Shown here: positions 24,298-32,656 of the stretch, one piece after another
Layout: each line of letters begins with the position of its first letter
Numbering within the stretch: the first letter of the stretch is position 1
NCBI GenBank assembly: GCA_045106895.1
Contig: JBGCFM010000102.1
Span: 1 to 54,373 of the forward strand
Length of the DNA: 54,373 nucleotides
Direction: 5' to 3'
DNA from: Polyangiales bacterium
Lineage (GTDB): Bacteria > Myxococcota_A > Polyangia > Polyangiales > Houyiibacteriaceae
Notes under the pieces: model-generated
Told to the model about the DNA's origin: nothing
The model's input: only the letters and a program-made list of their open reading frames with translations
Database searches by the model: none
Translations under genes and position numbers: made by a program

Positions 24298-26513
24298 GAG
24301 TAGCGCGCGTCCAGCAGGGCGCTGAGAGCCTCGCGAAGACTCTCATCTTCGTAGCCCTCCCGCTCTTTAAGCGCGCCAAGAGTGGTGAGCGCGAGTTCGG
24401 GTTCTTGGACCTGGCCTTCGCCGGCACCCAGGTGCCGAAGCACGTCTCTTGCGACGCCCGCGATGCGTTCTTTCTGTTCGCGGAAGTACGACGCGGCGAG
24501 CTCCTCGATATAGCCCGGGAACAGAAGTGCGTAGTCCACGGGGGCACCTGGGTGATCGAGCGCCCAGGTGGCGACCTGACTGAGGAGGTCCTGCCGAAAA
24601 CGCTCGGTGTCCTCCGCGCCGAGGATCGTCTCCACGCGCTTCATCATCTTCGAGTCAGGATCTTCGCTCTCCCCAGTGATCGCGTTCGGCACTTGTTCGC
24701 CGCGAAGGCGGTGGGAGACATGCGTGACGTAGAGGTCGAAAAGCGAAAGGTACTGCGCTTCTTCGATGATGCCCGTCGCGCTCTGCAAGGCGTCGTCGAC
24801 GAGGTCGAGCCAGCGCTCGCGCACCAAGGCCACGGCGGCACGCGGATCGTAGTAGTCGCCATCGGGATCGCGACGCAGAAACGCATAGTCGTCCCGGCGG
24901 CAGAAGACTTCGAGTTCTTCGAGAACGCTGAGCGGCGAGAGCAGGCGGCCCGTCGACGCGGCGTGGAGGATTCCCCGCATCTCTCGTGGGCTTGCGCCGT
25001 AGAGACCTTCGTAGTCCATGCTGGCGCTCTGCTCGTCATACACGGATGGAATCTCGCGCTCGAGGAGCTTCCTGTCGTCGCTACCGAAGCGGCGGGGCGC
25101 TTCTCCCCGCGCATACAGGTCCGCCTTCTCGAGCGAACTCAACGACGCCGCGAGCTTACCGACTTCCGCGTCCTCGAAACGCTCCGCCTCGGCTCGTCTC
25201 AGGCGCGTCAGCACCGCCCAAAGCGCGGCGACGTACGTCGCGTAAGGCGCAACATGCCCCTTCACCTGCGGAACGATTTGCGCGTCGTAGATGCCTTGTT
25301 CCTGGTTGTAGTCACGAAGGTAAGCGACGCGGACCAGTCGCAGTCGTCCCCGGAAGGAGTTGTACTCGGGGTGCTCTTGAAACGCTTTCAGGTGCATCTC
25401 GTTGGAGCTCGCGAGGAGCACGGAGTTCAGCTGAAGGTTCGAGAACTGAAGCGCGACTTCCCCCGTCTCAATGGCGATGAGGAGGTACTTCCAGGCGTCC
25501 AAGGGTCGCTTGAGCAAATCGCTGTACTCGATGAGTCCGCCGTTGCCGTCGGCGAGTTCCCCAAAGGTCTCGTAGAGCGAGGTGGCGGAGAGCGATGCTG
25601 GCAAGGACCCTAAGCTTCGGTCGGCGGTCACCTGTCTTTCGCGCGCATCGACGGCCATCTCAGGACCAATGGTCACGGTGCCCACACGGTACCGACGCGA
25701 GAGGTAGTAGCGTTCGATCTGAACGTGGGAGAGGACGCGGGAGAGGTCACCTCGATACGCCACGAGGAGCGCGTCGAAGATCTGGCGGTTCTTGTGGCTC
25801 AGATCCCCAGACCAAAGAATGTCCGGCGGCGAGTCCATGCCCAGCTTCGTCAGCAGAGCTTGTCGCTCGGACTGCGGGATAAGCAGCAAAGGGTGCTCGC
25901 GGAGTTCGCTCGAGAGCTTGGCGTCGATGCGCTCCTCCGGGAGGTGAGCGAAGCTGGCAATGCCGTCGATGGCGGCGCGCTCCGACGAAAACCCAATGCC
26001 ACCGCCGTTTTCGCCACGTGGAAAGACCCAAGAGAAGCGATAGACGGCGCCCTCGGGGACCGAGCTGTAGTGCTCAAGACCCGCGGCTAAACAAGCTGCG
26101 AACGTGGACTTCGCGCTGCCGTTTGGTCCGTGAAGCAGGACCAGACGGTTGACGCGTCCTTCGCGAGCGAAGGCGCCGAGAGCGTCGACGACCTGGTGCT
26201 GAAGCGCCTCCTGGCCTACGAGGCGGTCGTTGCGGCGCCCCTCGCTGGAGGCGAAAGGCAGGTCGAAGAGCGCGTAGCGAGTGCGCTTCGCCCATGGGCG
26301 TTCCACCGGGTACTCGCCGTAGTGTTCGATGGCATCGAGAAGGTAACGCGATGCATCTCGGCAATGGCGCGCGGGCTCCTCCGCGACGAGCGCGAGGTAC
26401 TCGTCGAAGGAGAGCACCCGGCGCTCCGACTCGAAGCGCTCTTTGACGGCGGCGCCGGCCGCCTCGATCACCGAGCGGCCAAACGTGGAGTTCGAGGGGC
26501 CGTCGTCGCTCAC
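24294..26513 (-). CDS. prkA: PrkA/YeaG-family AAA+ serine protein kinase
   Basis: LSFDEYL, LLHGPNGSAKST Walker A, GNGGLIEYSDLLKRP, YLRDYNQEQGIY, GASPRE. Confidence 0.88.
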   Translation of the reverse strand: MSDDGPSNSTFGRSVIEAAGAAVKERFESERRVLSFDEYLALVAEEPARHCRDASRYLLDAIEHYGEYPVERPWAKRTRYALFDLPFASSEGRRNDRLVGQEALQHQVVDALGAFAREGRVNRLVLLHGPNGSAKSTFAACLAAGLEHYSSVPEGAVYRFSWVFPRGENGGGIGFSSERAAIDGIASFAHLPEERIDAKLSSELREHPLLLIPQSERQALLTKLGMDSPPDILWSGDLSHKNRQIFDALLVAYRGDLSRVLSHVQIERYYLSRRYRVGTVTIGPEMAVDARERQVTADRSLGSLPASLSATSLYETFGELADGNGGLIEYSDLLKRPLDAWKYLLIAIETGEVALQFSNLQLNSVLLASSNEMHLKAFQEHPEYNSFRGRLRLVRVAYLRDYNQEQGIYDAQIVPQVKGHVAPYATYVAALWAVLTRLRRAEAERFEDAEVGKLAASLSSLEKADLYARGEAPRRFGSDDRKLLEREIPSVYDEQSASMDYEGLYGASPREMRGILHAASTGRLLSPLSVLEELEVFCRRDDYAFLRRDPDGDYYDPRAAVALVRERWLDLVDDALQSATGIIEEAQYLSLFDLYVTHVSHRLRGEQVPNAITGESEDPDSKMMKRVETILGAEDTERFRQDLLSQVATWALDHPGAPVDYALLFPGYIEELAASYFREQKERIAGVARDVLRHLGAGEGQVQEPELALTTLGALKEREGYEDESLREALSALLDARYS

Positions 26514-27055
26514 TCAGCGACCGCGATGCGGAGCCCAACAACAGCGGTCTGAGGCACGCAGGACGAAGGGTTGCAGACAGCGAACTGGACCCGAGCGCTC
26601 ACGGGGTGTTCGCCAGCCGCGCCAGGCGTGAAGGGAACATCAAAGTCAGCGCCCTCATCCGCGAACGCACGTGCGTCGGTCTTCTCAAGGGCCGTCTTTG
26701 GGACCTGAAGGCCATCCGCGTGACTAACGGTGATGGCGAAGGGGAAGTCTTGGTTGAGGTGCCACTCGCCTTGCCCTTCCAAATGAAGCGCAAACTGGCC
26801 GAGTTCGCCGGCGGAGTAGCCTTCCTGCGGACTCAGCTCCACGACGTACGATTCGGTCTCCGCGCGGGGCGCAGCGGACTCATCGACGGCGGCGGCTTCC
26901 GGCTCGGGAGCCTCAGCCTCCGGCGTTTCGTCGGGAGCTTCGCTCGGCGCCTCCGCCGTTGGCTCAGGCTCGGGGTCCGCGGCCTCGGAACCACAGGCGC
27001 CGAGGGGTGCGGAGAGAATGAGGGCAAAGAGGACCAGCCAGGTTTGTTCTCGCAT
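26510..27055 (-). CDS. Lipoprotein with DsbD N-terminal (alpha)-like Ig-fold domain
   Basis: LGAC lipobox, Glu/Pro/Ala linker, GEWHLN and terminal FAVCNPSSCVP Cys pair. The ORF extends to 27079. Confidence 0.65.
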   Translation of the reverse strand: MREQTWLVLFALILSAPLGACGSEAADPEPEPTAEAPSEAPDETPEAEAPEPEAAAVDESAAPRAETESYVVELSPQEGYSAGELGQFALHLEGQGEWHLNQDFPFAITVSHADGLQVPKTALEKTDARAFADEGADFDVPFTPGAAGEHPVSARVQFAVCNPSSCVPQTAVVGLRIAVAE

Positions 27056-27129
27056 AAAGCGCAGTCTACCAGGACGCATCCGGAGCGCGAGCGCCTTTTC
27101 GTCGTGGCAAAGGGGCCATTCTTGGCGGG

Positions 27130-27855
27130 CTAACGGCTCGGCACCACCCGCGACCGAGATTCGGTGCTTGTGGCACCGCCCGGGACGACCTCCCTCGGCG
27201 CGATAGCGGGTTGCGCGATCGTTTCAGCGCTCTCGCCGTGCACCACCAGACGTGGCCGAAGCAATGGGTTTCCAGCGCCCGGCGTCGCGATGCGCCAGCC
27301 CGGCGAATCCCCTCGGGCGCGCACGGCAAGGTACACAACCTCATCCGCGGCCTGTGCCATTGCGCTGACATCGACGCGAAAGCGGCTTTGCCAAACGCTC
27401 CGCCGCGCGTGCCGCTCGAAGCGTGCGCCGGGGAGGCGGCGAACGTCGATGGACTCGAAAGCGGTGACATCCCAGACCTCTAACGTTTGCGGCGCACCGT
27501 AGGTCGTGTCTTCGCTGGGCTGGAGTTCCAGGACGGCGGTGGCGACCTCCTCCGGATGGAGCCGAAAGGCCAGGTAGAGGGTCGCGCCGCTCTCCCCGCC
27601 GAGTGGCACCTCGTCGGCCTGCTCCCCGTCGCTTGTTCCCCACACCAACGACGAGACCTCATAGGCGATTGGTAGCTCTGCATCTTCGTCGACGATGACC
27701 AGCTCTTCTTCATCACCCGCCGGCGCGGGCTCGCAGGTGCCGCTGAGCCCGCAGACCCGGCCGCTGCCGCACCGGTCGGGCTGACAAACGGTGCCGCCAC
27801 AGGCGGTGAGCACACTGGCGACAAGGAAGGCTCGGATCACAGGTTCTGGTACCAC
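27130..27855 (-). CDS. Lipoprotein with short Cys knot and DNRLRE/CBM96-like beta domain
   Basis: LTAC lipobox; CQPDRCGSGRVCGLSGTC; LYLAF..ATAVLEL..VDVS..RPRLVV pattern. The domain call is tentative. Confidence 0.6.
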   Translation of the reverse strand: MVPEPVIRAFLVASVLTACGGTVCQPDRCGSGRVCGLSGTCEPAPAGDEEELVIVDEDAELPIAYEVSSLVWGTSDGEQADEVPLGGESGATLYLAFRLHPEEVATAVLELQPSEDTTYGAPQTLEVWDVTAFESIDVRRLPGARFERHARRSVWQSRFRVDVSAMAQAADEVVYLAVRARGDSPGWRIATPGAGNPLLRPRLVVHGESAETIAQPAIAPREVVPGGATSTESRSRVVPSR

Positions 27856-27875
27856 GCGAAACCGGCGAGCCCAAT

Positions 27876-29030
27876 ATGGATTTGCCCATTGCGGTACTGC
27901 TCGTGCATCCTGGGGGCGTGCGTCGCACTCGTCGAATCGGCCGCTATCATCTTACCGACCGCGTGGCGTTCGGCGGAATGGCGGAGGTATTCCGTGGGTT
28001 TACCTTCGACCAAGAAGGCGTGCGCTATGACGTTGCTATCAAAAAGCTGCTCCCGCACTACGTCGAGGACACCCATTTCGTCACCATGCTGACGGACGAA
28101 TATCGCCTGGTCAGCCGCCTCCACCACCCGAACATCGCCCGCGTATACGAGCTCGTCGACATCGACAAACAGCTGCTCATCGCCATGGAATACGTCGACG
28201 GCAAGGATCTGCGCTCGACGGTGGAAAAGGCGCGTAAGGCCAGGCAGGCGATGACCTTTGCGGACATCGCGTATGTGATGGCTCGCGCCCTCGACGGTCT
28301 CCACCACGCGCACAACGCGTGCGACGACTCCGGTCAAAAACTAGGCGTGGTCCACCGTGACATCAGCCCATCCAACGTGCTCATTGGGTACGACGGGGAC
28401 GTAAAGATCTGCGACTTCGGCATCGCCAAGGCAAAGCTCAATCGCGTTCAAACCCAGGCCGGAATCATCAAAGGCAAGGTCAAGTACATGTCACCGGAGC
28501 AGGCTTTCGGCGACCCACTCGACCATCGAAGCGATGTCTTCAGCGCCGGGAGCGTTCTCTACGAGCTGTGCACGGGCAAGGCGCCGTTCAAAGCGCGCTC
28601 GGAACTCGACCTCATCTTCGCCGTGCGCGACGCCCGCTTTCCGGATCCGCGCAACCTGAACCCCGCCATTCCGCAGGTCATGGTCGACATCATGTCGCGC
28701 GCTATGGTCAAAGATCGGGAGGGACGTTTTCAAACGGCCCTCGAGTTCCGCGACAGCCTTATCCGATTTCTGCGAAAATTCGCCCCGAAGTATCGCCGAA
28801 CTCGCCTCGCCCGCTTCATGAAGCACATCTGGCAGAACGAGATCGACGCAGACCTTCGAATGCTCGAAGACTGCGTCATCGACTTCTCCGACGACGCTGG
28901 TGAGTACGGAAACAACCTCCTTGCCGAAGACCTGCCGGCGGACGCCCCCTACGCCACCTTCTCGCCGTCGCCCACGGGAGGCCAAAACCCCCTTGAAGGC
29001 CGGCGACGAACAACGCGCAAACTCAACTAA
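27876..29030 (+). CDS. Eukaryote-like (Hanks-type) Ser/Thr protein kinase, cytoplasmic
   Basis: GGMAEVF, VAIKK, HRDISPSN, DFGIAK, YMSPEQ, SDVFSAG; no TM segment. Confidence 0.95.
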   Translation: MDLPIAVLLVHPGGVRRTRRIGRYHLTDRVAFGGMAEVFRGFTFDQEGVRYDVAIKKLLPHYVEDTHFVTMLTDEYRLVSRLHHPNIARVYELVDIDKQLLIAMEYVDGKDLRSTVEKARKARQAMTFADIAYVMARALDGLHHAHNACDDSGQKLGVVHRDISPSNVLIGYDGDVKICDFGIAKAKLNRVQTQAGIIKGKVKYMSPEQAFGDPLDHRSDVFSAGSVLYELCTGKAPFKARSELDLIFAVRDARFPDPRNLNPAIPQVMVDIMSRAMVKDREGRFQTALEFRDSLIRFLRKFAPKYRRTRLARFMKHIWQNEIDADLRMLEDCVIDFSDDAGEYGNNLLAEDLPADAPYATFSPSPTGGQNPLEGRRRTTRKLN

Positions 29031-29087
29031 TACGCTGCGCCGCGCGAAACCCGTTGCCCAATAACGCACCTGCCCTAGAGTTCCAGA

Positions 29088-29660
29088 ATGAGAGCCAGCG
29101 CTATGGGACTCCTTTTTGTTGTTGCATGCGGCGGGTCCTCCGTGACCGCACCTGCAGTGGCTGGTCCGCTCCCAACGGAGCTTGAGACCGTCTACGAAAA
29201 CGGGGCCGACTTCGTGGACGACCCGGAGATACTCGAGGGCCGGTGGCGTGATGATTGGTCGGAGGAGCTCGACACACGGGTTCGGACCGCGGACATCATC
29301 GCCATCGTCGACGTCCCCACGGTGCGAACGGACATCGATCCAGAAGGACGAACGACTTTCCGTCTCAACAGCGTCGTCGACGACTCCATCCTCGGCGAGG
29401 GCGCTGGTGAAATTGCCCTTGAATCTCACCAAGGTGAGCTTGGATTCGCTGGAATTCGCTCCAATGAGCGACGCATTCAGAGCCAACCGATGGTGCTCTT
29501 CCTTCGTTGGGCCGCCGACGAGAACGGACAAAACGGGGCGCGTTGGCACCTTTCGCCAGCAACGGACGGGGTGGTCTCGAGGGTTCGTTACCTCGCGGAG
29601 CGACGGCGTGGGGTCGAACGCGAAGGCCGTCCGGCGCGAGTCATCGTCCACGAGAACTAG
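29088..29660 (+). CDS. Hypothetical lipoprotein
   Basis: MGLLFVVAC-GG lipobox; 190-aa ORF downstream of the kinase. Confidence 0.72.
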   Translation: MRASAMGLLFVVACGGSSVTAPAVAGPLPTELETVYENGADFVDDPEILEGRWRDDWSEELDTRVRTADIIAIVDVPTVRTDIDPEGRTTFRLNSVVDDSILGEGAGEIALESHQGELGFAGIRSNERRIQSQPMVLFLRWAADENGQNGARWHLSPATDGVVSRVRYLAERRRGVEREGRPARVIVHEN

Positions 29661-29847
29661 CGGCGATATTCGGCTCTTGCAGCGGGAGACAGCCTCTCGT
29701 CCGCGAGACCGAACTCACGCAGCTCTCGCCGGAGGCTATACGACGTTTTCCATTTGCTTCTAAGATGCCGGGGATTTTCCTCCGTCTCTGTAGCCAATGG
29801 TACGAAAAAGAAAGCGCCTGCCTGGTGAATCCCTGAGAAGACGAGCC

Positions 29848-31533
29848 ATGCTCGTCGCTGTTCTTGCGCTCAGCGCTTGCGACTCCACGGTGCCAGCAGA
29901 TGACTCGACCGGGGATCCCCCCCCGGATGACGTGGGCAACGACGGCTTCTTCTCCACCGACACATCGGATGCAGCAGCGCAAGACGCCGGAGCGCAAGAC
30001 GCCGGAGCTCAAGACGCCGGGGCGCAAGACGCCGGAGCGCAAGACGCGCCCCCCGAGTGGCGCTCCGTCCTCTACCCCGAAGACTGGACGCCCGACTTCA
30101 CGGCGCCCGATGGCGCGTTCCTCCATGACTTTTCGTACGCCGGCGCCTTCAGCGGCGGCCCCTTGCCCGAAGGTTCAGCGTTGCGTTTCGACGTCCGCGA
30201 GTTCGGCGCTGACCCGACCGGGCGAGACGACTCAGGACCGGCCATCCAAGGAGCCATCGACGCGGCGTCCGCCGAGGGAGGCGTCGTCTGGGTTCCGGCG
30301 GGTACGTATCAGGTCACAGGAAAGCTCCGCGTCGATGCATCTCATGTGATCATTCGTGGTGCGGGGCCCTCGTCGCGGGTGCACTTCACCCAAAGCGAAG
30401 GGATGACCAACCGTGCGCATCTGCTCTTCGCCGGTCGAGGGGACGAAGGGAATCAAACCCGTCTCGTCAACGACGCACCCGTGCGAGGCACTTTTGTGGA
30501 GGTGGAGAGCACAGAAGGACTCGAAGTGGGAGACCAGGTCGCCATCGGCTTTGTCATCACGCCCGGCTTCATCGAACGCCACGGCATGACGGGCACGTGG
30601 GTCTCCTTCAACGACCAATACAAGCACTTCTATCGGCGCAGCGTTGTTCGCATCGACGAAGACAGCCGGCGCGTACACCTCGATGTGCCCCTGCGTGATG
30701 ATGTCCTCGTGAGCGACGGCGCGGAGCTTCGCGTTCTGCGTGGCCTCATCCATGACGTGGGTCTGGAGAACATCGCGTTGAGCAATGCGGCGTCGCAGGA
30801 GGCCGCCGAATCCGTCGACCGGACGCACATCGTTCGCATGGAGTGGGTCGTCGACTCGTGGATTCGTTCCCTCACCTCCTTTGCCGGCCCGAATGGCTCG
30901 GACGAGCAGCACCTCCTCAGCGGGGGCGTCAAAGTTCTCAACAGCCACCGGGTTACGGTGCGCGAGAGTGAGCTTCAGCTCGCACAAAACCGCGGCGGCG
31001 GTGGCAACGGCTATCTCTTTGAGGTGTCGATGAGCAATGAGGTGCTCTTCGCCGACGACGTCGCTCGGCGCGGCCGTCACAACTTCATTCAGAACTGGGA
31101 CTTCGGAACGTCCGGCGTGGTCTGGCTCCGATGCCAGTCCCTCGATGGTGTCGCGATCAACTCTGGCATCGCCCTCGTCGGACTGAGCGAGTTTCACCAC
31201 TCCCTCGCCACCGCCAACCTCATCGACAGCAACTACGCGACGGACGGGTGGAGCGCGGTGAACCGCGGAGACTACTCGAGTGGCGCGGGGTTGAGCGCGA
31301 AAGAGAACGTCTTTTGGAACCACCGCGGGGGCCGTCTGCAGAGCTTTCAATTTGGGCTCGGCTTCATCATCGGCACACAAGATGTCGACGTCCGCACGGA
31401 ACTGGGGCGTAGCTTCTTCGGCGAAGACCAGCAGAGCGCGCCGCAGGACTATGTCGAGGGCGTTGGCGCTGGAGGGTCACTGACGCCCGCCTCCCTCTAC
31501 GAGGACCAGCTCCGCCGTCGCCTGTCTCGTTGA
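29848..31533 (+). CDS. Lipoprotein with pectate lyase-like/GH28-related parallel beta-helix (putative polysaccharide-degrading enzyme)
   Basis: LSAC lipobox; DFSYAG, FDVREFGADPTGRDDSGPAIQGAID..GGVVWVPAGTY..IRGAG; ends PASLYEDQL. The ORF extends to 29797. Confidence 0.82.
   Translation: MLVAVLALSACDSTVPADDSTGDPPPDDVGNDGFFSTDTSDAAAQDAGAQDAGAQDAGAQDAGAQDAPPEWRSVLYPEDWTPDFTAPDGAFLHDFSYAGAFSGGPLPEGSALRFDVREFGADPTGRDDSGPAIQGAIDAASAEGGVVWVPAGTYQVTGKLRVDASHVIIRGAGPSSRVHFTQSEGMTNRAHLLFAGRGDEGNQTRLVNDAPVRGTFVEVESTEGLEVGDQVAIGFVITPGFIERHGMTGTWVSFNDQYKHFYRRSVVRIDEDSRRVHLDVPLRDDVLVSDGAELRVLRGLIHDVGLENIALSNAASQEAAESVDRTHIVRMEWVVDSWIRSLTSFAGPNGSDEQHLLSGGVKVLNSHRVTVRESELQLAQNRGGGGNGYLFEVSMSNEVLFADDVARRGRHNFIQNWDFGTSGVVWLRCQSLDGVAINSGIALVGLSEFHHSLATANLIDSNYATDGWSAVNRGDYSSGAGLSAKENVFWNHRGGRLQSFQFGLGFIIGTQDVDVRTELGRSFFGEDQQSAPQDYVEGVGAGGSLTPASLYEDQLRRRLSR
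29977..30048. repeat. 15-bp coding tandem repeat (gcgcaagacgccgga), 4 units plus a partial
   Basis: Read directly; encodes an (AQDAG)n linker. Confidence 0.9.
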
Positions 31534-31535
31534 GC

Positions 31536-32552
31536 CTACAAGCGCTCTTCGAGGGACTCAAAGGAGACCGGCGTCATCACACCCTGCTGCCGGTTCTCCC
31601 AGAGCTGAACCAAGTCCGCGGAGAGCGGCGCTTCGTATTCCACCTCGTGGCCTGCCGGGTGACCGATGCTTAGGCGGTGCGCGTGGAGCGCTTGCCGCGG
31701 GTGTCCAAGTCGCTCCAAGAGCTCCTGACTGCGGTCTCCGCCGATGGCCTGGAGGAACGTCTCAGGGCCGCCCGGACCATAGAGCTTGTCGCCGACGATG
31801 GGGTGACCGATACCCGCCAAATGAACGCGGAGCTGGTGCTGGCGGCCCGTTCGCGGGTGCAGCTCGACGAGGGTGGAGCTCTCCGCCCTTCCCCGCACAA
31901 CGTAATGCGTCTGCGCTTTGAGACCGTCCTCACGCAGCTCCATCATGATGTGCAGCCCTTCTTCCACGGGCGCCATGGACTGGACCATCATGCCCTCGTC
32001 CTCTTCCATCACCCCCTCGACGATGGCGAGGTAGGTCTTCTGAACGTTCCGTCGTTCAAACTGCTTCTTGAGCACAATCTCCGCGTCGCGGTCCCAGCCA
32101 CAAATCACCAGGCCGCTCGTCTCGCGGTCGAGGCGATGAGCGAACTGCGGGGAGCGATGAGGATACTCCGTGAGCAGAAGGAAACTGAGCGTGTGCTTGT
32201 AGTACGTCGCCGTCGGATGCATCGGTAGACCCGGCGGCTTGTCGATCACCAGCACCTGGCCGTCGTCGTGAATCACGCCAAAATAGAGCGGTACCTTGGG
32301 CTCATCCATCGGCGGGCGCACGATCCACACGACCTCGCCGGCCTTCACCCTCTGACTTGGGCGCCTCGGAGTTCCATCCGCGCGAAACGCACAGGTTTTC
32401 ACGACACGATTGGCCCGTGTCCGCGAAAGGCGCGGGATTCGGTTCTGAATGAAGCGGTCGAGGCGCATCCCGGCGTGTTCCCGAGCCACGGAGAACTGCA
32501 TCACGATGGAGTCCGGGTCACATCCCGGAGGCGGAGGCGGTGGGGCCTTCAT
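31536..32552 (-). CDS. RluA-family pseudouridine synthase with S4 domain
   Basis: MRLDRF (S4), IDKPPGLPMHP, HRLDRETSG, TGRQHQLRVH, GHPIVGDKLYG, QALHA. Start at ATG 32552 is likely. Confidence 0.94.
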   Translation of the reverse strand: MKAPPPPPPGCDPDSIVMQFSVAREHAGMRLDRFIQNRIPRLSRTRANRVVKTCAFRADGTPRRPSQRVKAGEVVWIVRPPMDEPKVPLYFGVIHDDGQVLVIDKPPGLPMHPTATYYKHTLSFLLLTEYPHRSPQFAHRLDRETSGLVICGWDRDAEIVLKKQFERRNVQKTYLAIVEGVMEEDEGMMVQSMAPVEEGLHIMMELREDGLKAQTHYVVRGRAESSTLVELHPRTGRQHQLRVHLAGIGHPIVGDKLYGPGGPETFLQAIGGDRSQELLERLGHPRQALHAHRLSIGHPAGHEVEYEAPLSADLVQLWENRQQGVMTPVSFESLEERL

Positions 32553-32656
32553 CGGACACTCGAGCGCTCTTGCCTCTCCATGAACGTACTCGCTACCACC
32601 GTGGCGGATTCGCCGCAAACGGGCCCACCCGCCTATTCCGGTCCATACTCGCGCCC

